Origin: Psammoneis japonica
Lineage: Eukaryota
Assembly (NCBI GenBank): GCA_008632985.1
Contig: QPGO01000295.1
Span: 50,794 to 70,793, forward strand
Direction: 5' to 3'
Length of the DNA stretch: 20,000 bases
Part shown: positions 10,542-20,000 of the stretch, one piece after another
Numbering within the stretch: position 1 is the stretch's first letter
How the letters are laid out: each line of letters opens with the position of its first letter
Notes under the pieces: model-generated
Told to the model about the DNA's origin: nothing
Databases searched by the model: none
Seen by the model: the letters and a program-made list of their open reading frames with translations, nothing else
Position numbers and translations under genes: made by a program

Positions 10542-13173
10542 CCCTGAAGACCCCCGAGACAATCCCAAAACGTGCGAGAATTGGGTGACGACAGATGCCC
10601 CAGACAACATTGAATCTGCGCTCCAGCACTGCAAAAAAACCAACGACACTTCGGACAGGCACATGGCACTCCTCTCACTGTCCCACCCTTGTCTGTTGAC
10701 CTTGGATGTGAAGGAGACACTGTCATGGCCGATTTAATCCTAGACGGAGAACATGAAACTGGACACCTGAACCGTGCCACTTTGCTGCTGACACAGCATC
10801 TTCGAAGAAGGACACCACCAACAGCTCCAAATTCTCTCACTCCTGGGGCTCTCCACTTGAAGACAAAAATGTGGTCAGAGTCAACGTCTGCTTCATTGAA
10901 GTCAGGGATTCATCTGGGACACTGGAAGGCCCTGTGCGCTCCACATTCCCATGCAAATGATTGTGACAATGACGGGAATCCATCCGAGCAGAAAGAATTG
11001 TTGGACTCGGTCCAGCAATCCCTTGTGGCAATGCAACTTAACCTGATCAACTGCGCTTTAAAGCAGGGTTGCTCACGCAAATGATGGAAAGACATTGTGA
11101 ATGCAACGATCTTCAAAGAACCAGGCAACAACAAAATGCACCGATTGTGCATGATTCACATCTGCGAGGCGGATTTCCAACTGATTGCAAGTGTCAAGTG
11201 GCGCAAATTAGCCCAGCATGTGGATCACCGCTGAATGTGCAACCCAGGGATTTGCAGATGTTGCTCCTTCCTTTCCGCCCAAACGCCTGTTTTTCTCAAA
11301 AACTTGATGCTGGAGATGTCACGTGCTTCCCGGAACACTTTGCTCACCAGTGACGATGACTGCACTTCTTGCTGTGACAGGAACATCCCAGCAACAGTGG
11401 GTTTGCGTGCAAAGAGTGATGGCATGCACAAGAGAGTGGTCAAAGTCAATGTGGCAATGTCACATCATGCATGTCATTGGCTGTGCACTCTGTCAGGAAT
11501 CACCCAAAAAAGTTGTTCCCATTCCTCTGAGTTCCCGTTGCATGGAAAAGGACAAGGCAGCGGAAATTCTCCTTGGTGCTGGAACACTCTGCGCAGTGGA
11601 CTGTTTGACATCTTTGATGCTGAAGCTGTTGGTTTGTTCTTCAAAACTCTGGACGGACAGTTCCACATCCAAGCATGCAACAGGGGTCATGTTGATGACA
11701 CTTCCAAGCAGGTGAATGATTTCAGAGCCAGCCCTCAGCCCTCCACGCTCAAGTTGTCCCAGTCTCTCCAATCGGACAGCCGGTTGTGGTGTGACTTGTT
11801 GGACACAGCAGGACATGAACTTGAGTTGCTGAAGTGTTCCTTCCATGCCACAGAATGGGACTTTACAGAGTGCGGAGAACCGCACATGTGACCCTGCCAT
11901 GACAACATTGAGGTGGAGATCTTTTCCACTGTCCAAACCACTTCCAGGTGCAGCCAGCAATTGTCAGCACACACACCTCACAAAACCCTGGGACACTGCA
12001 TGACTCCAATCGGTGCACAGAAAACTCAATCGAAGAAACCCCAACACAAGAGCAATGCTGTCTCCTTGTTTCTCAGGTTGTGCCCGCTGGACAGGACAGA
12101 AACATGGCAACAATGCCGCGCTTGTCACCTCTCCTTGATGACACGTGTTCTGGCTGGCTCAAATTTTCTTCCAAAAGAGCTCCAACAGGTGCAACAAAAG
12201 GCCATGCCGACGATTTTTGCCAAATGTGGTTACAACAGAAACACCAAAAGGCTCGTTCTCTACAGACCACAGTCGCTGGGAGGCGGAGGTTTTCGATTGC
12301 TTGATGTTGAACAAGGAGTGGCCCAACTTCAACAACTGTTGAAGCACTCAAGAGGAGTTGCCCACCTGCAACTCTCGCCACAGGCAGTGACGGGTCAGTT
12401 GGGGAGGGAGCCACCTTCGGATGGACGATTGCCTCAGATGGTGCGCCATCAGTGAATTGTGCAGGACCCGTTTTTGGAAAGACGCCATCTTTGCATCGCG
12501 CAGAGGCCTGTGGCATCCTTTCAATTGCACGGTTCATTTTTTGATTGTGTGAATGTTGTTGGATTTTGGTTCCTTTGGACGCTGCAATTCATTGTGACAA
12601 CAAGGCTTTGGTTGACGGTCTTTCCCGGTTGACATCTGCCCCACCAGCGATTGACCCAGACGAAGAAGCTCACGCTCCACACAATTTTCATGTTCGCTGC
12701 AACGGCGCTGATGCCATTTCTCCAGATTGGGACGTTCTGAACAAAATTCTTCACACCCAGCAAACTCTGAAGCAGCTTTTGGATTCAGAGGATCTGTTCT
12801 CCCTCCAGTCTCATGGGTGAAAGGACATCAAGGCAGGCATTCTCCAGTCCATGCCTTGCCCACAAACGCCAGAGTCAACATCCGCGCTGACAGATTGGCA
12901 GGAGCATGTCAGGGTCACTGCCTGTGTGACAAGTCAAGCATCTGCCTCATTGCAACTCTCACCTCAAAACAGAGGGAGGCACCGCAACATCGAGCCACAA
13001 GAAACAGATCAGACATGCAGCCACCGCCCCCCAACTGATCGACTGCATCATTGAACGCAGCCAGTGGACCCCTCCAGTGATGGAGCAAGTCAATTGGAAT
13101 GCCCGTGCAATCCTGGTGAAGTGCCATTCAAAGAAGCATGTCAACGCGGCAAAACTGGTGCATGACTTGCCAC

Positions 13174-13771
13174 CACCCACGAACAAAATTGCTCGCAGAT
13201 GCGATCAAGTTCGTCCTCACCAGTGCATTGCGTGCGATCATCTGATGGAAGACAGGGACCACATTCTTTGATGTCCCAACGACAAACAGTGGAGGAGGAA
13301 ATTCTTGCAAGGTCTGCACAGATGCTGCAACAAGGCAGACACAATGCCTGTTCTTTGTGACTTTTCATTGGATGTGCTGCAGGCTTGGTTTGATGAGGAA
13401 ATCACTCACCTCAAAAATGGGGGTTGCAGATGCAAGGAGTTGTGGAGAGCTCAGCCAGACATTGGATGGCAACACCCACGAACAAAATTGCTCACAGATG
13501 CAATCAAGTTCATCCTCACCAGTGCATTGCGTGCGATCATCTGATGGAAGACAGGGACCACATTCTTTGATGTCCCAGTGACAAACAGCGGAGGAGGAAA
13601 TTCTTGCAAGGTCTGCACAGATGCTGCAACAAGGCAGACACAGTGCCTGTTCTTTGTGACTTTTCATTGGATGTGCTGCAGGCTTGGTTTGATGAGGAAA
13701 TCACTCACCTCAAAAACAGGGGTTGCAGATGCAAGGAGTTGTGGAGAGCTCAACCAGACATTGGATGGCAA
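13174..13771 (+). repeat. 299-bp tandem duplication inside LINE ORF2 (13174-13472 / 13473-13771)
   Basis: Near-identical copies both start cacccacgaacaaaattgctc; the duplication is frameshifting. Confidence 0.93.
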
Positions 13772-13989
13772 CAGATCTTCAACGGCAGATGCTCGCTTGT
13801 GTGGAACCTCCTGCAATCTGGTCATCTTCATGATTCAGGCATTTTGCGTCAATGTCAAGAGGAAAACAAACAGCCACCAGATTGGACGGTCCAGCTGGGA
13901 TCCTGCACATGGAGAAGCTGGTGGGAGCTGTGGGAAGAGCATGGCAAGCCAGCTCACGGACACAATGTTGAGTCTTGAAAGTCATCCCA

Positions 13990-14380
13990 GACGCGCTCCA
14001 GCCCTGGGCGGGACTCCGTGCGACATTGGGCCCGCAGAATTCTGCGTGCGAGCTCCGCAGTGCGAGAATTTTAATTGATGGACACATTTGTCTTCAACAT
14101 CAAACAAACGGCCAAGTTTGTGGTGCAATTGTGCCTCTCACCAATTGACGTTTTTGCAACTTCGCCTGCCCTGCGCGGTTCTTAAGACATTGCAGAATCG
14201 CGCTGCAACAAAAAATGTCAAAAGTTGTTGGACGGATCGCTCAACAAGTGCACCGTAAAATGACACAAAATGTCAAAAAAATCATGCAGAAATCTGTGTG
14301 TGCGACATGCGACGAGACTCAAAAAACTGTCGATGTCACAGCTCAGCAGTGCGAGGTCCCACCTGGACCTGGAGCACGTC
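13990..14380 (+). mobile_element. GAC...GTC MITE (391 bp), 4-bp TSD CCCA
   Basis: CCCA|GACGCGCTCCAGCCCTGGGCGGGAC ... GTCCCACCTGGACCTGGAGCACGTC|CCCA. Confidence 0.92.
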
Positions 14381-14656
14381 CCCAAAAGACAGGGGAGTGT
14401 TGCTAGATTCAGTCGAGAAACGCCGTTCATTTTCTGCAACAAGGGCTCAAAACTGGATCTCAGCGGTCCTCCCAAGACTCAAAAAAAGCTTGAAAGAAGC
14501 CAAACGCCTGGCCAAAAGAGGTGCCTGCGCCATCTTCAGCCATTTCCGTCAGGCGCCCCCCTTCCGGGGGCGCCAAATCCAGCCAATCACACACAATTTC
14601 TGCCGCATCCTTTGCAGGGTATGCTGGAAGTGTGGGTCAGCCGGCGCTGGTGTTGC

Positions 14657-14727
14657 TTGGGGCCAGGGCCAGGGTCAGGGTTGGGGTTGGGGCTGGGGTT
14701 GGGGTCAAGGTTTGGGGTTGGGGTTAG
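14657..14727 (+). repeat. Degenerate interstitial telomeric repeat (~11 hexamers)
   Basis: ttgggg ccaggg ccaggg tcaggg ttgggg ttgggg ctgggg ttgggg tcaagg tttgggg ttgggg ttag; these are transition variants of TTAGGG in the same orientation as the terminal array. Confidence 0.8.
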
Positions 14728-15412
14728 CATGTGCGTTTTTTTGGCTCGGTTTTGGGTTGGGGCAAGAGTCTGTGCATCGTCCGTCAATGTTTTCAACTGC
14801 AAAATGGCGACGCACGACGCACAGACTGCCCATTTGGGGCCTTTGCTGGACCCATTTCGGTTGCCAGGTGATGAACAGACTGCGCCAATTTGGGGCCAAT
14901 GCTGGACCCATTTCGACCTGCAACTGGAGTTGCCAATGACCCCTGGGATTGGACACTGGTTTGCTGTCCACAACTGCAGTGTCATTTTGACAAGTCAGCC
15001 AAAACACCAGGCGCACAAACACAGACGAATTTCAACACATGCAGCGATTGTGGTTTTGCACAATTGATGTTTCAGCCTGTCTTTCTCTTGCTCTGATTTC
15101 TCGCAGAGGAACAGGGCGTGGCGGCAACAACCCTCCTCATGTGTGGTGCATTTGGGATGGGAGGGTTTGGGTTTGGGTTGTGAGGTGGCAGGAAACGCTT
15201 CCGGTTGAATGACAGACCCCACCTGATCGATGCCAAGTGGCCACGGTTGAAGGACAGACCATGCCAAATCGACACGCACCCGCATCTATTTCTCATCTCC
15301 ACAGTCGAACTCAGGACAAGTCATTGCACACATCGAATCAGTCAAGCATCGTTTTCACATGTTGTGGCCAACAGCGTGACTGCAAGCAACACCTGAAACA
15401 AGCAACTGAGTG

Positions 15413-18400
15413 CTAAAATTGCCACAAACCCAAAAACAAAAAGTGGACAATGAATGTTGCGGGATTCACAGCAATGCAGCAATTTTGAGACTGTGATGCT
15501 CCCCGCACACATTTTTGTGGTTGATGCATGTGCCCAACTGCCCAAACTTCATTTTTTTTGTTTTTTGTTCCGCGGGCAGTTGCACGTTTTTTTTTCTTTG
15601 ACAAATTCGTTTGGATGGGTGGGGGTTGTTCTACCGTCATTCTTCCTGTCGGTGGTGTGTCCTTCTTTGGCTTGCTGGCGTTCTTCATTTTTTCCATTTC
15701 CTTTCTCTTTGCCTCCATTGCCGTCGCTCTTGCAGCCGCCTTCCCCCCCCTTTTCTTGTCTGCCTCAATTCTCTTCCTCCTTGCCTGTTCCTTTCTTTCC
15801 TCCATTTCGGCCAGCGCCTTCGCCCTGCGTTTCTTTGCGTCTGTTTTTGTCTCACGATCCGGAGTTCTCCGAAAAACTCTTTTGCTCCCACACTTGTTTG
15901 GTCGTTCAGACACTTTTGACGGGGTTTTCATCTTGGCTGAAACTTTGGCAGCAGCCACAGCACTTGAAGGGTCGTCATCATCTGCTGCGTCAATCTCCGA
16001 TTCAGAGGATGATTCAGAGGATGAGGAGACCAGATCCCTTCTCCGCTGTCTTTTCCTTGCAGCGGAACGTGGCTCTTGGTTGATTCGATTCAGGACGGGG
16101 CAACTGCTGTCGCTGTCACTCCCGCTTGCAAGGGGCTCGTCTTTCGAATCTGCGTCACTCCCAGCAAAATCCATGTTTTGTTCGTCCTCTTCCACCTGTT
16201 GCTCAGGGTTTGCAGCAGACGGTTCCTCTTCATCTGCTTTGTCATTTCCTTGCCCCCCCCTGTTGATGGTCATTCTCCTCTGACATTCCGTCTCTGTCAG
16301 AAGTCGCTTTGTCATCTGGCGACTGGCCGGTGCCTCCATTGCCCCCCTCATCTGAACGATCTTTCCTTTCTTCTTCATCTTGAGGGTTTGTGCCATCTCC
16401 GTCTTTGTCTGGGGTGTGATCTCCATCTTTGTCATTGTCATCATTGTCGTTGTTGTCGCTTGATTCCTCCTCATCCTTCTGCTCTGGTGCCTCCTCCTCC
16501 TTCTCCTCTTCCTCATCCGCTTCCTTGTCATGTTCCACTGTGGGCTTGCCGGCTGCATCATCGCCCACTTGTTGTGTGCTCCCATCTTGGTGCCGCAGGT
16601 CTGCCAAGGTGGTGTCCATCATCCCTTCGTCGTCGTCTCCCCCTTGTTGTCCCTCCGCTGTGACCTCTGCTCGCGCCGCTTCGTCCTTCTTTGCCTGCTT
16701 TTTTTTCTTTTTCGCCTTCCTTTTCTTGCTCTCTTCCTTCATTCTGTCTTCCAAAATCGTCTTTCTCATTTTGTCCTCGTTCTCCAGTCTTTCCTTCTTG
16801 AATCCATTGCGCATTGTGTTGTCGTGCGCCCATGGCATTGCCTTCTGCTTGCGCCACTTCGTCCTTCTTTGCCTGCTTCATTTTCTTTTTCGCCCTCCTT
16901 TTCTCGCTCTCTTCCTTCATTCTGTCTTCCAAAATCGTCTTTCTCATTTTGTCCTCGTTCTCCAGTCTTTCCTTCTTGAATCCATTGCGCATTGTGTTGT
17001 CACACGCCCATGGCATTGCCTTGCTGAAGTTCTTGTGAATCAAGTCGCACTCGTGCTCAAATCGTTTCTTTGTCTCTGTGTCTTCATCAAAAAGAGCTTG
17101 GAAATTCCGGCAGTTGACAACCCTTGGAGATGTGCCACGCGTTTGGTTCATCGCGTCTTCGTAGTTTTTGCAGGTGACTGAGAATGTCTGCTCCGATTCC
17201 TGCTCTTCAGGTGCAAAAGTGTCCTCCTCGTCTTCGCTGTTCAATCCTCTGAAGTGAATCTGTTCCTTCACATCCTTCACTGTCAGATCAGAGTTGCTTT
17301 GCAGGTGGCAGATGGCTGTTCCAAGAGCCGCCTGTGTTTGACAGGTCCTAACGCACTCTTGTTGCAACTTCATGAAAGCCTCCTGTCGGCTGTCATCTGT
17401 GTCCAGGGTGTTGTCCAATGTGCCGCTGATGGACTTGCACATCTCGGAATTCTTGTTCCACTTCATTCTCTTGCGTTTTCTTTTCGCGGCAGGTTTTGCA
17501 GCAGCTTCTTCGTCGGGCTCGTCCTCATCGTCCCATTTCCTTTTCTTGCTCTGTTTCGATTTCCCCACCACCTCAATGAGTCTCTTGTTTGGTTCTTCCA
17601 ACCATTTCTTCAGCCTTTGGTGGTTGAGCTCGACTCCGTCTGAAACTGCCACATCGTGCACATCGCTCATGCCTGCCATGCAAATCTCCTCAATCAATTC
17701 CTTCAAGGTTAACTTGGCATGCTTTTCATTTCCTGCATGGAAACAATCACCAAACAGGTTAGACGGGGACCGCAAAACAGACACATTGGTGTTCCGATCC
17801 TGCAAACAATCCGATGCACAGACAGACAACACCAAATTGGTGCAATGGCGTGTCGATTCCGCAGAATCGAAGCCGATGAGGACAGACCGTGCGACACAGA
17901 GATGACGTGGCATCGATTTCTTGGTCACACTCACCGCTGCCTTCTCGACTGGATCGATTTCAAATTTGGGAACAAAGTCTTCGGTGGAGGCTGTTTTCTG
18001 GTTTGCCTCGTTGGCCACAATGTTCCCTGGCTCTTCCAGGTGTTCGATCAGAGAGAGCAGTTTGAGGCTCTTCTTCTTTGTCAACCATTCGCAAATGAAC
18101 GCAACCATCTGCGGCATGTTTGTGACTTTCTCTGGACAGTTTGTGTCATCGCGAAACATCAATTCATGAAAGGGCTCCTCGCTCAATGCCTCCTGTTCAT
18201 CATTGTCGAGACCAGACGTTTCTTCCGGAAGCATTGCCTCGAAAAGAAACGTTTTGTGATTTTCTACACCAGCATCCAACCAACATTTGTTGACGGGGAT
18301 CACATCTCCGAAGTGACAAAATGCCTCCATTGTTGCCTTTCCGGCACCGGCCAGCATCTTTGGATGCAGGTTTTTGTCAGTCCACCTCCCTTTTCCGCAC

Positions 18401-19013
18401 TGCACCATTTTTGTCATCGTCAAACCAAGGATGACCTGTGTTTTGATGCAAACATCAAAGACACACAGTGCAGCTTTGGGCAAACCGCTCTTGGAAACAT
18501 CGGTTTCGTTGAGATTTGCAAAAAATTCCCTTCAAAAAGAAAAGAAAAAAATTTGGTCATCAGGCACACGACCAAACAATTCGCGGTTTTCACTTGTCAT
18601 GTGTTTCCGTTGCTCCAACACTCACCGAGTGCAATTTGCCCCTTTTCGTTCCCTGCAATGTTGCGGGAAAGGAGTGATTGAGCAAATGTCAAGCACCGTT
18701 TCTCGAGAATGAAATCATGGTGGGATCCCAAAGCAAGGAATTGTCTTGCCGTGTGTCCATCATTGTCAGCGGTTTCCGCCTTCAGGAACTCTGTTGACAG
18801 GCCCATCACCTCTCCCTGCACGTTTTCAGCCAAATTGTTCAGCACTGTGCAGTCGCGAAGGACTTTTCCATCTTCTCCTTCTCCAAATTCTGTCGCAAAC
18901 GAAAATCGCAATCCCTCCGGTGGGGTGGGTTCAGATTGGCAGGATCTTCCAATGACTTGTTTCAACATTTCAGCGGACTGGCTGTCAAAAACAAAATTCG
19001 TGAACAACATCAT
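15413..19013 (-). pseudogene. Large decayed ORF of unknown function (globular N-terminal part, K/E-rich coiled-coil-like and D/E/S-rich disordered C-terminal part); 5' end runs into the gap
   Basis: Overlapping minus-strand frames 19013-18597, 18483-16558, 16838-16242 and ~16240-15413 have protein-like composition. They are frameshifted (one break from the 178-bp duplication) and almost free of Tyr. Confidence 0.6.
16666..17021. repeat. 178-bp tandem duplication (16666-16843 / 16844-17021)
   Basis: The peptide NTMRNGFKKERLENEDKMRKTILEDRMKEES appears in two different frames. Confidence 0.93.
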
Positions 19014-19458
19014 NNNNNNNNNNNNNNNNNNNNNNNNNNNNNNNNNNNNNNNNNNNNNNNNNNNNNNNNNNNNNNNNNNNNNNNNNNNNNNNNNNNNNNN
19101 NNNNNNNNNNNNNNNNNNNNNNNNNNNNNNNNNNNNNNNNNNNNNNNNNNNNNNNNNNNNNNNNNNNNNNNNNNNNNNNNNNNNNNNNNNNNNNNNNNNN
19201 NNNNNNNNNNNNNNNNNNNNNNNNNNNNNNNNNNNNNNNNNNNNNNNNNNNNNNNNNNNNNNNNNNNNNNNNNNNNNNNNNNNNNNNNNNNNNNNNNNNN
19301 NNNNNNNNNNNNNNNNNNNNNNNNNNNNNNNNNNNNNNNNNNNNNNNNNNNNNNNNNNNNNNNNNNNNNNNNNNNNNNNNNNNNNNNNNNNNNNNNNNNN
19401 NNNNNNNNNNNNNNNNNNNNNNNNNNNNNNNNNNNNNNNNNNNNNNNNNNNNNNNNNN
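19014..19458. other. Assembly gap (445 N)
   Basis: Run of N. Confidence 1.
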
Positions 19459-19669
19459 GGGGGGTTAGGGTTAGGGGTTAGGGTTAGGGTTAGGGTAGGG
19501 TTAGGTTAGGGTTAGGGTAGGGTTAGGGTTAGGGTTAGGGTTAGGGTTAGGGTTAGGGTTAGGTTAGGGTTAGGGTTAGGTTAGGGTTAGGGTTAGGGTT
19601 AGGGTTAGGGTTAGGGTTAGGGTTAGGGTTAGGGTTAGGGTAGGGTTAGGGTTAGGGTTAGGGTTAGGG

Positions 19670-19710
<41 letters not shown>

Positions 19711-19840
19711 GGTTAGGGTTAGGGTTAGGGTTAGGGTTAGGGTTAGGGGTTAGGGTTAGGGTTAGGTTAGGGTTAGGGTTAGGGTTAGGTTAGGGTTAGG
19801 GTTAGGTTGGTTAGGGTTAGGGGGTTAGGGTTAGGGTGGG

Positions 19841-19874
<34 letters not shown>

Positions 19875-19959
19875 GGTTAGGTTAGGGTTAGGGTTAGGGT
19901 TAGGGTTAGGGTTAGGGTTAGGGTTAGGGTTAGGGTTAGGGTTAGGGTTAGGGTTAGGG

Positions 19960-20000
<41 letters not shown>
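19459..20000 (+). repeat. Telomeric array (TTAGGG)n
   Basis: About 540 bp of tandem TTAGGG with occasional 1-nt indels; G-rich strand runs toward the window end. Confidence 0.98.

Larger units (their letters stand above)
6426..14560 (+). mobile_element. Decayed long non-LTR retrotransposon (ORF1 + APE-RT-RNase H ORF2; resembles diatom Ambal-type LINEs); boundaries approximate
   Basis: Ordered ORF2 motifs on the + strand. It is interrupted by three MITEs, a 299-bp duplication, frameshifts and stops. Confidence 0.85.
8482..14560 (+). pseudogene. LINE ORF2 pseudogene: APE endonuclease, reverse transcriptase, RNase H, C-terminal CCHC zinc finger
   Basis: APE: ADTVGISET, KPGGT, DLLGRWS, GDF (~8650-9400). 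Linker HFGQAHGTPLTVPPL (~10650). RT: KEPGNNKMHRLCMIHICEADF, GQGSGNSP, GHVDD (11685-11699), KTLG, LGGGGF. RNase H: SDGS (12386), HRAEACG, IHCDN, WVKGHQ, NIRADRLA. Zinc finger: CIAC..EDRDHIL.C. Confidence 0.88.

Noticed and set aside
4267..14560. ADAR-type RNA editing of retroelement transcripts as the cause
   Set aside because: Changes occur on both strands within one copy and affect DNA-type MITEs, TSDs and telomeric repeats that do not pass through an RNA intermediate.
14270..15067. GLG/GWG/PNP-repeat proteins
   Set aside because: They are translations of the degenerate telomeric tract and a MITE.
18530..18625. Candidate minus-strand intron (GTGAGT...TTTGAAG) in the unknown ORF
   Set aside because: Removing these 96 bp does not join the two flanking reading frames, so it is unsupported as it stands.
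15454..18681. Plus-strand Phe/Ser/Leu-rich ORFs (e.g. 15528-16283, 16429-17181, 17719-18681)
   Set aside because: They are antisense shadows of the K/E/D-rich minus-strand ORF in stop-depleted DNA.
18709..19509. ORFs spanning the N run
   Set aside because: Artefacts of the assembly gap and telomere repeats.

Overview
Eukaryotic chromosome end, most likely from a diatom or other stramenopile (inferred from the LINE type, the RRL-type propeptide site and the TTAGGG telomere). One intact gene lies on the minus strand at 541-3374: a two-exon secreted M12B/reprolysin-like zinc metalloprotease with FN3 repeats, 918 aa after splicing. It is followed by about 15 kb of subtelomeric repeats: nested TTAA-targeting MITEs, a GAC...GTC MITE family with 4-bp TSDs, a decayed APE-RT-RNase H LINE, a relic interstitial telomere tract and a decayed unknown ORF. 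An N-gap and a (TTAGGG)n array end the window. The main signal is that repeat DNA (about 1-215 and 4200-19013) has almost no TpA. Paralogous copies show TA converted to TG or CA, i.e. A:T->G:C transitions on both strands with a TAY preference. This looks like a repeat-targeted 'reverse-RIP' hypermutation process that spares the gene and the terminal telomere.
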